Shown here piece by piece: positions 47,912 through 56,249 of a stretch of DNA of 64,000 nucleotides (its first letter is position 1; each line of letters opens with the position of its first letter). Origin of the DNA: an uncultured Thermoleophilaceae bacterium (GTDB lineage Bacteria > Actinomycetota > Thermoleophilia > Solirubrobacterales > Thermoleophilaceae); the NCBI GenBank assembly GCA_963741455.1, contig CAVUIF010000010.1, positions 183,850 through 247,849 on the forward strand. The letters run 5' to 3'. A model generated the notes under the pieces. It saw nothing but the letters and a program-made list of their open reading frames with translations. It searched no databases and was not told the DNA's origin. The translations under genes were made by a program, and so were the position numbers.

Positions 47912-48839
47912 CTAGCGCAGGCTCTCGAGCGTGCGCGCGAGACCCTCGTCCAGCTCGACCTTCGCTTCCCAGCCGAGCTCCTCACGCGCGCGAGAGGGGT
48001 CGAGGGCGATGTGCTGCACCTCGCCGGGCCGCTCGGGCGCGTGCTCGGGCTGGAAGCCGTCCTCGGCCAGGTCGTCCAGGACCGCGACGATGTCGAGCAC
48101 CGACTTCTCCTGGCCGAGGCCGATGTTGACCGGCCCGCTCACGTCCGCCTCGGCGGCGCGGAGGTTGGCGTCCACGACGTCGTCCACGTAGACGTAGTCG
48201 CGCGTCTGCTTGCCGTCGCCGAAGATCGTCGCCTTGCCGTTCTCGAGCAGCTTGCCGCAGAAGATCGCGATCACGCCGGCCTCGCCGAGCGGGTCCTGGC
48301 GCGGGCCGTAGACGTTGCCGTAGCGGAGCGAGACGGTCGAGAGCCCGTGGAGGCGGGTGAAGATCTCGCAGTACTGCTCGGCGCACCACTTCGAGAGGCC
48401 GTAGGGCGCCTCCGGGGCGCTCGGGTGGTCCTCCGGCGCGGGGATCTGGCGGCCCTCGCCGTAGATGGCCCCGCCGGTGGAGGTGTTCACCACGCGCGGG
48501 ACGCCGTGCGCCTGCGCGGCGCGGAGAACGTTAACCGTCCCCTCGAGGTTGACCCTTGCGTCGTGCGCCGGGTCCGCAACGGACTTGCGCACGTCGATCT
48601 GGGCGGCGAGATGGAAGATCACGTCGGGCTTGGCGCGGCCCACGGCGTCGCTCACAGCCTCGGCGTCTCGGATGTCGATCTCCTCGAGCGTGGCTCCGCC
48701 GGCCAGCGCGTCCTCGAGGTTTTCGCGCTTGCCGGTGGAGAGGTCGTCGATGACGTACGACCTCATCCCCGCGCGCGAGGAGTGCGTCCACGAGGTTCGA
48801 GCCGATGAATCCGGCGCCGCCCGTTACGAGTGCGTCCAT
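47912..48839 (-). CDS. NAD-dependent epimerase/dehydratase (UDP-glucose 4-epimerase-like), apparent +1 frameshift ~48765-48770
   Basis: MDALVTGGAGFIGSNLVDALLARGDEV (Rossmann GxxGxxG) is in one frame, then YVIDDLSTGKRENL...YGLSKWCAEQY (YxxxK)...DGKQTRDYVYVDDV in ORF 47912-48766. Confidence 0.85.
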
Positions 48840-48956
48840 GAGGCGGCCACTCTAGGGCATACCAAATTGGGTGTTTTAGATCTGGAAGTTGGGTAAGGGC
48901 GGCGTAACGGAGCCCCACTAAATGCCGAAACCCCTGCGGCTGGAGGTGAAGTCTCC

Positions 48957-50626
48957 ATGAATACTGCCGTCCGACGAATCGCCCTGGTTGCGACTTCTGT
49001 CGCCATCGCCTACGCCGTCGCCGCACCGGCCGCACCCGCCCAGCTCCCCGAGCTGCAGCTGCCGCGGTTGCCCGTGGACGCGCCGTCGCTCCCGTCCACC
49101 GGGCCTGCACCGACCCCCAGAGCCGCGCCCGCGCCTCTCCCGGCGCCGTTGCCCTCACTTCCCCTCCCGTCCCCGAGCCCCGAGCCGTCGATCACGCCGA
49201 TCGTCGACGCCCTGCCGACTCCCGTCGGACCCGGGCCCGGGCCGGTCGGCTCGGCTCCCACCCCTGGGACCGTTCCGCTTCCGGGCGGCGGCGCGCTTCC
49301 AGGCGGCGGCGCGCTTCCAGGCGGCGGCGGGCTGCCGGGCGGCGGCGGGCAGCCCGGCGTGATCCTCGCCCCCCTTGGCCCCGGCGGAACGCTCGTCAAC
49401 ATCGCCTCGGGTGGGCGAGGGCGTGCTTGGCAGTGCGGCAGCGCGGGCGGCGGCCGCTCGCGGGTTCATCGCTCATCACACCCGGCGAGCGCCGCCGTGC
49501 GAACTCGCCCTTCTGGCGCGAGCGGCTCAGGGGCAAGCGGCTGCGCAACCTTCGGGACCGGGTGCTGGCGCACTGGAGCTGCGCCGACGCCGTTCCCGCG
49601 GGCCAGCGGCGAGCGCTCATCCTGCGCGCGGGCCTGTTCGGGCGGCAGCCGGCCTCGTGGCGCGCGATCGCGCGCCGCATGAACGTGACCCTCGCGCGCG
49701 CGGTCCGGCTGGGACGGTCCGGGCTCAAGGGCATCACCTCCGCCCGGATGTGCATCGAGTCCGGTGGGGCGGCGCTGGGCACGTCGGCGGATCCGATCGC
49801 CATCTCCTTCGCGTCCACCGCGGCCGACGCGCGTGCGGGTGACGACGCGGCGGGCGACAAGGCCGGCGTCCTCGGCGTCGAGGAGACGCGGCGCCTTCGC
49901 CAGACCGAGCCACCCGACATGAGCCACGGCGACACCTTCGGCCTCGGCAGGTCGGACGAGGGCGGGCCGGGGATACCGGATGCGCTGTTCGCCCTGCTCG
50001 TCGCCCTCCTGTGGCTGATGCTGGCCGCGGTCTTCGCCATCTACCGGCGTGGCGCGCTCCCGCTCCTGCCGCCTGTCCCGCAGGTCGGACGGTCGGGCAA
50101 GCCGCTGCTCTTCCTCGACGTGGACGGCGTGATCGCGCTGTCGCCGTTCGCGGGTCCGCTTCCTCCCGGGCGCTGGCACGACGCCGACGACACGCAGGTG
50201 TACGTGGCGGAGCAGTCGGGCGAGCTGGTGCGCCGGCTGGCCGAGCGCTACGAGATCGTGTGGGCGAGCGGATGGGGGAAGGAGGCGGGCCGCTTCAGCC
50301 GCGTCCTCGGCCTCGAAGAGGAGGCCCACGCCCTCACCTTCGGCCGCGATGCACGGTCCGACCGATCCGACTGGAAGATCAAGTGGGTTCAGCGAGCGGC
50401 CGGCAAGCGTCCGCTCGCCTGGGTGGACGACACCTTCGGGCCGGACCACATCGAGTGGGGCACCGCACGCGATGCTCCGACGCTGCTCGTGAAGACCACG
50501 CCCCACGTCGGTCTCTCGGACGACCACGTTCGCGAGCTCCTCGAGTGGGCGGACGCGCTGGACCACGCGAACGGCAGGCGCTTCGTGCGCGGCCGTAACC
50601 ACCACAGGGTCGAGGCAGGGCGCTAG
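48957..50626 (+). CDS. composite ORF: signal peptide plus Pro/Gly-rich region, sigma-70 region-4-like HTH, TM helix, HAD-like domain. Two apparent +1 frameshifts (49413-49415, 49462-49464); may be two genes (alternative ATG 49919)
   Basis: MNTAVRRIALVATSVAIAYAVAAPAAPA signal peptide; PLPAPLPSLPLPSPSPEPS and GGGALPGGGALPGGGGLPGGGGQPG repeats. The next frames give GEGVLGSAAARAAAARG, then LRNLRDRVLAHWSCADAVPAGQRRALILRAGLFGRQPASWRAIARRMNVTLARAVRLGRSGLKGI. TM ALFALLVALLWLMLAAVFAIY. HAD motif I LLFLDVDGV. Confidence 0.4.
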
Positions 50627-51126
50627 CCGAAGGCGGCGGGGTAGCGGACGGTGCCGCGGGCCTCGGGCGTGTAGGCCGGGAGCTTCAGCGCCATCCAGGC
50701 GTCGTCCGGGACCTCGAACGGGGGGATGACGCCGAGCGGATCGGCGCGGCCGAACCCGAGGCGCGGGTAGTAGTCCGGGTGGCCGAGGACGGAGATGAGC
50801 GGGAAGGGGGTCTCCTTCGCGCGCTCGATGGTCGCGTGCCCGAGCGCGGAGCCGATGCCGTGCCGCTGGACGTTCGGGGCAACGCCCATCGGGGCGAGCA
50901 CGAGGATCTCGTGACCGCTCGGGTCGAGCGTGGCGCGGCTGAAGAGCACGTGGCCGATGACCTCGCCGTCGTCCGTCGCGACGAAGGTCAGCTCCGGCAC
51001 GTGGAGGCCGTCGGCTCGTAGCCGGTCGACGAGCTTCGCCTCGACGTCGCTCGGCGCGAAGGCGGCGTCGTGAAGGGCCCGGATCGCGTCGAAGTCGGCG
51101 GGGGTCTCGGGCCTCACGTCGAGCAT
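50623..51126 (-). CDS. GNAT-family N-acetyltransferase
   Basis: 167 aa; VAPNVQRHGIGSALGHATIERAKE (acetyl-CoA-binding Q/RxxGxG/A motif); typical YhbS-like layout. Confidence 0.8.
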   Translation of the reverse strand: MLDVRPETPADFDAIRALHDAAFAPSDVEAKLVDRLRADGLHVPELTFVATDDGEVIGHVLFSRATLDPSGHEILVLAPMGVAPNVQRHGIGSALGHATIERAKETPFPLISVLGHPDYYPRLGFGRADPLGVIPPFEVPDDAWMALKLPAYTPEARGTVRYPAAFG

Positions 51127-51152
51127 GAGGCGAGTCCATCACACCGGGAGCG

Positions 51153-51596
51153 TCAGTCGTCGTCGGGTTCGTCGCCGCCGGAGATGCCGTCGCCGCCGCG
51201 TCCCCGGCCGCGCCCCTGCCCGCTGTCGTCGCTGCCGCTGCCGCTGTTGTCCGAGCCGCTGCTGCCTGAGCCGCTGTTGTCGTCCTCGGCGGTGGTCGTG
51301 GGCGGGACGAAGTCGTCCTCGATCTCGGGCGACGTGGTGGTGCGGACGCCGTCGTCGTCGCCGCCCCGGTTCCGGTTGCGATTCCGGTTGCGGCGCTGGC
51401 GCTGCCTCTGCCGTTGCTCGGCGCGGTCGTCGGACCTCGGCTCCGCGGGCGCCAGCGTCTCGCCGGCGGAGAGCGGCTCGGCGCCGAGGCCGACGCTGTC
51501 GCCGGAGATCGTGTTCGCCAGCAGGCCGATCCCCACCGCGGCGGCGAGGCCTACGAGGGCGAGGGCGGCGCCGGTCGCAAATCGTCTGAAGGTCAT
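51153..51596 (-). CDS. membrane-anchored/secreted low-complexity acidic protein (paralogous tail to 53784-54395)
   Basis: N-terminal hydrophobic segment FATGAALALVGLAAAVGIGLLA, RQRQRQRRNRNRNRNR basic patch, SGSGS/DD-rich region, and the ending GQGRGRGRGGDGISGGDEPDDD. It starts 11 nt after the kinase stop. Confidence 0.55.
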   Translation of the reverse strand: MTFRRFATGAALALVGLAAAVGIGLLANTISGDSVGLGAEPLSAGETLAPAEPRSDDRAEQRQRQRQRRNRNRNRNRGGDDDGVRTTTSPEIEDDFVPPTTTAEDDNSGSGSSGSDNSGSGSDDSGQGRGRGRGGDGISGGDEPDDD

Positions 51597-51607
51597 CGCT
51601 CTCGACC

Positions 51608-53035
51608 CTACGCTCCGCTCGGCAAGGACTCGTCAAGGGGAGAGTCAGCTCTTGGCAAAGCGGCCGTGGCCGCCTCGAGCGCGACCTCGGCGCGGGCGCC
51701 GCCCGTGGGGCGGTTCGAGAGCGTGACCTCGCCGCCCCAGCGTGCGGCGAGCGCCTCCACGACCGCCAGGCCGAGGCCCGTGCCCGAGGCGCCGCCGGCG
51801 CTCGCCGAGCCGCGGTAGAAGCGCTGGAAGACCCGTTCGCCCTCGTCGGGGGCGAGGCCGGGGCCCTCGTCGAGCACGGCCAGGCGCACGGTGCCGCCGT
51901 CGCTCTCCCACGTGAGCGTCACGGTCGAGCCGGCGGGCGAGTAGTTGAGCGCGTTCTCCGTGAGGTTGTCGAGGATGGCGGCGAGGTCCGCCTTCGACGC
52001 CGCCACGACCGCCGGCGGGCCGGGCTCGACGCTGAGCTCGTGGCCGGTGCGCTCGGCGGGCCCCTGCCAGCGGACGGCCGCGGCCTCGATCGTCTCCTCC
52101 ACGTCGAGCTGCTCGGCCGCCGGACGCTCGCCGCCGCCCGCGAGGGCGAGGAGCTCGGAGAGGAGCCGGGCCAGGCGCTCGGTCTCGTGCTCGGCCGCGG
52201 CGAGCTCGCGCTCGACCTCCGGGTCCTTCGACTTCAGCGCCGCCGCCTCGAGGCGCAGCCGCAGGCCGGTGAGCGGGGTGCGGAGCTGGTGCGAGGCGTT
52301 GGCGACGAACTCGCGCTGGCCGCGCAGCGTGCTCGCCATGCGGGTGGTCATGTCGTTGAACGCCGTGGCGACCTCCTTCTGCTCGGCGGAGCCCTCCACG
52401 TCGGCGCGCGCGTCGAGGTCGCCGTCCGCCACCTTGCGCGCCGTGCCGGCGAGGCCGCGCAGCGGCTTGGCGAGGCCGTTCGCGAGCAGCCAGGCGACGG
52501 CCACGCCGAGCAGGAGGGCCACGATGCCGACTCCGATCAGCGCGGCCACGTCGCCGCGGATGGCGCGGTCCACGGCCTCCACGCTCTGGGTGATGCGCAC
52601 GGCGCCGGTCACGCGGCCGGCCCGCGAGATCGGCACGGCGGTGAACAGCAGGTCCGTGTCGAGCTCGTCGCTGCGGCGCTCGCCCTGGACCGCCCGGCCG
52701 TTCAGCGCGGCGCGGATCTCGGGACGGGAGCCGTAGTCGTCGCCGCGGGTGGCCGGCCCGAAGGAGTCGGCCAGGACGCGACCATCCGCGTCCACGACGA
52801 TCACGCGGCCGCCGAGGGTCGCCTCGCTGCGCCGCACGAGCTGCGGGAGCCCGCGCCGGTCGTCGAGGTGGTCGGACGCGCCGATGGCGATCAGCTCGGC
52901 CTGGCTCCGCGCCTCGGACTTGATCTCCGCGTCGACCCGGTTCGACAGGTTCAGCGCCAGCGGCACCTCGAGCGCGACGATCACGAGCACGAGGACGTAC
53001 GCAAACGCGACGACCAGCCGCGCCCTGAGGCTCAT
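51608..53035 (-). CDS. sensor histidine kinase (HAMP-HisKA-HATPase; MtrB/MprB-like)
   Basis: From ATG 53035 (ATGA overlap with the regulator stop): two TM helices, HAMP, H-box FVANASHQLRTPLTGL, N/G boxes (LDNLTENALNYS, DEGPGL, GTGLGLAVV). Confidence 0.85.
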   Translation of the reverse strand: MSLRARLVVAFAYVLVLVIVALEVPLALNLSNRVDAEIKSEARSQAELIAIGASDHLDDRRGLPQLVRRSEATLGGRVIVVDADGRVLADSFGPATRGDDYGSRPEIRAALNGRAVQGERRSDELDTDLLFTAVPISRAGRVTGAVRITQSVEAVDRAIRGDVAALIGVGIVALLLGVAVAWLLANGLAKPLRGLAGTARKVADGDLDARADVEGSAEQKEVATAFNDMTTRMASTLRGQREFVANASHQLRTPLTGLRLRLEAAALKSKDPEVERELAAAEHETERLARLLSELLALAGGGERPAAEQLDVEETIEAAAVRWQGPAERTGHELSVEPGPPAVVAASKADLAAILDNLTENALNYSPAGSTVTLTWESDGGTVRLAVLDEGPGLAPDEGERVFQRFYRGSASAGGASGTGLGLAVVEALAARWGGEVTLSNRPTGGARAEVALEAATAALPRADSPLDESLPSGA

Positions 53036-53745
53036 AGCTCGTCGGCGGAGGCGAACCGGAAGCCCACGCCGCGGACGGTGTGGATGAAGCGGGGGCTCTG
53101 GGAGTCGTCGCCGAGCTTGCGCCGGAGGCTCGACACGTGGACGTCGAGCGTCTTCGTGGAGCCGAACCAGTTGGTGTCCCACACCTCGTCGATCAGCCGC
53201 TCCCTCGACACCACGTTGCCCGCCTCGCGCATCAGGAGCTCCAGCAGCTCGAACTCCTTGCGGGTGAGATCGAGCTCGGTGCCCTCGAACTTCGCCTCCC
53301 GCCGCGCCGGATCCAGGTTCAGCGCGCCGATCTCGACCGCGCCCGCGCGCTCCGCGGGAGCGGCGCTCGCCGCGTCGCCGGTTCTGCGCAGCACCGCCCG
53401 GATGCGCGCGGCGACCTCGCGCGCGCTGAAGGGCTTGACGATGTAGTCGTCGGCGCCGAGCTCGAGCCCGACGATCCTGTCGGTCTCCTCGCCGCGGGCG
53501 GTGAGCATGATGATCGGGACCTTCGACTGCTCCCGGAGCGTGCGGGCTACGTCGTAGCCCGAGCCGTCGGGGAGCATCACGTCGAGGAGGACGAGGTCCG
53601 GCATCTGCTCGCCGGCCGCCTCGAGGGCCGCGGCGACGGTGCCCGCCACGCGCGTGTCGAACCCCTCGCGGTCGAGTGCCTCCGCGAGGGGCTCGGTGAT
53701 CGAGGACTCGTCCTCGACCATCAGGATGGTGCGCCGGCCCGCCAT
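53032..53745 (-). CDS. OmpR/PhoB-family response regulator
   Basis: TILMVEDESSI...LVLLDVMLPDGSGYDV...PIIMLTARGEE...ADDYIVKPFS, and a winged-helix C-terminus LDLTRKEFELLELLM...TLDVHVSSLRRKL...IHTVRGVGFRF. Confidence 0.9.
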   Translation of the reverse strand: MAGRRTILMVEDESSITEPLAEALDREGFDTRVAGTVAAALEAAGEQMPDLVLLDVMLPDGSGYDVARTLREQSKVPIIMLTARGEETDRIVGLELGADDYIVKPFSAREVAARIRAVLRRTGDAASAAPAERAGAVEIGALNLDPARREAKFEGTELDLTRKEFELLELLMREAGNVVSRERLIDEVWDTNWFGSTKTLDVHVSSLRRKLGDDSQSPRFIHTVRGVGFRFASADEL

Positions 53746-53783
53746 CGGATCAGAAGGGTAGGCGGGCCGGCGGGTTGTGTCGG

Positions 53784-54395
53784 CTAGTCGTCGTCTCCGC
53801 CGCGACCGCGGCCACGTCCGCGACCGCTGTCGTCGTCGTCGTCCGAGTGGTCGTCGTCACCGTCGTGCGAGTTGCCGGGCCCGGAGTTGTCCTCGTCACG
53901 GTCGTGCGAGTTGCCGGGGCCGGAGTTGTCGTCGTCGCGGTCCGAGTGCGAGTTGCCGGGGCCCGAGTTGTCGCCGGGCGCGCGCGGCGCGCCGGTGCAG
54001 CGCGGGTCGTTGGCATGCTCGGCCTCGTCGCAGGGGCCGGAGATGTCGACTCCGCCCGTCCCCGGCGCCTGGCCGCCGCCCTGCACGGGCGCCTGGCCGG
54101 TGCAGCGCGGGTCGTTGGCGTGCTCGGCCTCGTCGCACGGGCCCGAGATGTCGACGCCGCCGGTGGCCGGCGCCTCGTTCGTCCGCGTCCGCCCGTCGTC
54201 GCCGCGGGCACGGTCCGGGTTGTCCTCCGTGGTGGTGGTCCGGTCCGTGGTGGTCCGGTCCGTGGTGGTCGTGCGCTCCTCGGTCGTGGTGCCGGAGGCG
54301 CTGCGACCGTCGTCCCCGCCCGTGGCCGCGACGACCACCGCCGCGAGAATCCCGAACAGAGCGACGCCGAGAATGAGTGTGAGTGTCCTTCGCAT
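53784..54395 (-). CDS. membrane-anchored/secreted repeat protein with duplicated Cys/His/Asp motif and acidic tail
   Basis: TM/signal LTLILGVALFGILAAVVVAA; TTTDRTTTDRTTTTE; two 35-aa repeats GGVDISGPCDEAEHANDPRCTG (105-bp DNA period, 53992 and 54097); three DNSGPGNSH(S/D) repeats; the ending SGRGRGRGRGGDDD. Confidence 0.6.
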   Translation of the reverse strand: MRRTLTLILGVALFGILAAVVVAATGGDDGRSASGTTTEERTTTTDRTTTDRTTTTEDNPDRARGDDGRTRTNEAPATGGVDISGPCDEAEHANDPRCTGQAPVQGGGQAPGTGGVDISGPCDEAEHANDPRCTGAPRAPGDNSGPGNSHSDRDDDNSGPGNSHDRDEDNSGPGNSHDGDDDHSDDDDDSGRGRGRGRGGDDD

Positions 54396-54517
54396 GGCCT
54401 GGCTCCCTGTGTTGCTGGGTTGTCCAGACCAACATCCCGCGCGACCGGTCAGCCGCTCCCCAACCCGGGGTTACGACTTCGTAAAGCCTGGGCCGCTGCT
54501 AGGTTCGCGCCCGCGAG

Positions 54518-55120
54518 ATGCGCGGCCTGTTCGTCACCTTTGAGGGCATCGATCGCTCCGGCAAGACAACGCAGGCGGGGCTGCTCGTCGACGCGCTCGG
54601 GGACGAGGCTCTGGGCGTCCGCGAGCCGGGTGGAACCGCGGCCGGCGAGCGGGTGCGCGAGGTGCTGAAGGACCCGGACGTGGTGCTCTCGCCGGAGACC
54701 GAGGCGCTGCTGTTCGCGGCCGCCCGGGCGGAGCTCGTGAACGAGGTGATCCTGCCCGCCCTTCAGGATGGGCGGGTGGTCGTCTCCGACCGGTTTCTCG
54801 ACTCGTCGCTCGCCTACCAGGGCGGGGCTCGCGGGCTCGGGATCGAGGACGTGGAGCGGGTGAACCACTTCGCGACCCGCGGCCTCAGGCCCGACCTCAC
54901 CTTCCTCCTCGACCTCTCGCCGGAGGATGCCGCCACGCGAGCCGGGGAGAGCGACCGCTTCGAGGACGAGGGAGCGGGACTCCAGGAGGCGGTGGGAGCG
55001 GCGTACGAGCGGCTGATGCGGACGGACCCCGACAGGTGGCGGCGGATCGACGCGACCCGGTCGCCCGACGAGGTCCACGCCGACGTGCTGGCGGCGGTCC
55101 GGGAGGCGCGCGCCGAATGA
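54518..55120 (+). CDS. tmk: dTMP (thymidylate) kinase
   Basis: MRGLFVTFEGIDRSGKTTQ (P-loop), REPGGT, DRFLDSSLAYQG; 200 aa. Confidence 0.9.
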   Translation: MRGLFVTFEGIDRSGKTTQAGLLVDALGDEALGVREPGGTAAGERVREVLKDPDVVLSPETEALLFAAARAELVNEVILPALQDGRVVVSDRFLDSSLAYQGGARGLGIEDVERVNHFATRGLRPDLTFLLDLSPEDAATRAGESDRFEDEGAGLQEAVGAAYERLMRTDPDRWRRIDATRSPDEVHADVLAAVREARAE

Positions 55121-56245
55121 CCGTGGCGCTCGCGGGAACGGAGGACCACCCGCAGGCACGGATGGTGCTGGCTACCGCGCTGGCGTCGGGGCAGCCGTCC
55201 CACGCCTATCTGTTCCACGGGCCCGCCGGCACCGGCAAGCGGACGGTGGCGCGGGCGTTCGCCGCGGAGCTGCTGGCCGAGGGGTCGGACGATCCCGACG
55301 CCGTGCGCACGCGCGTGATGCACGGGGCGCATCCCGACCTCACCTGGGTGGCGCCGACCGGGCGCGCACGTGATGCGCGTGGACGACGTGGAGGGCCCCG
55401 TCGTCAACGCGGCCACCCGAACGCCCTTCGAGGCCCGCCGCCGCGTGTTCGTGCTCGAGCGCGTGGACACGATGAACGACGAGGTGGCGAACCGGCTCCT
55501 GAAGACGCTGGAGGATCCGGCGGCGTACGTGCACCTGATCCTCATGACCGATCAGCTCGGCCGCGTGCTCGAGACGGTCATCTCCCGCTGCCAGCTCGTC
55601 CGGTTCGAGCCGCTCCCGGCGGCCACCATCGCCTCTCATCTCGTGGCGGAGGGCATTCCGGCCGAGCGCGCGGAGGCATGCGCCCGGCTGGCGCTCGGGA
55701 ACGCGGCGCGGGCGCGGTACCTGGCGTCGGCGGAGGGGGAGGCCCTGCGATCCGAGGTGGAGGCGCTCGTGGCGGCCTCGCTGTCCGGAGGCGGCTCGGC
55801 CGGGGCCGAGCCGTGGCGGGCGCTCCTCGACCGGGCCGAGTCGCGCCGGAACGCGGCCGAGGAGTCGATCGCGGCCGAGGCGAAGAAGCGCCTCGAGCTC
55901 GAGCCGAAGGGCCGCGAGCGAAAGGCCATCGAGCGCGAGTACGAGGAGGCGGCGAAGCGCGACGGCCGCAGGGCGCGAACCGAGTCGCTCGACCTCGCGC
56001 TCACGCTCACGGCGCTCACCTTCCGCGACCTCGTCTGCCTCGCCGAGGACGCGCCCGAGGCCGTGCTTGCGTCAGACCACACGCCGTCGCTCGCGGAGCA
56101 GGCGAGGAGCCGCGATCCGCGCAGGCTGCGCGAGGCCGCCGAGCGCTGCGAGGACGTGCGCCAGTCGCTCGAGCTGAACGTGACCGAGGACCTCGCGCTC
56201 TCGGCGCTCAGCTTCAGGCTCGCCGCCCTGGCGGGCGCGCGCTAG
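55117..56245 (+). CDS. holB: DNA polymerase III delta-prime subunit, apparent +1 frameshift at 55360-55362
   Basis: ATG 55117 (ATGA overlap with tmk). SHAYLFHGPAGTGKRTVARAFAAELL...HPDLTWVAPTG, then after ACC GGG C GCG the next frame continues AHVMRVDDV...RVFVLERVDTMNDEVANRLLKTLEDP...ILMTDQLGRVLETVISRCQLVRFEPL. Confidence 0.8.
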
Positions 56246-56249
56246 CCGG

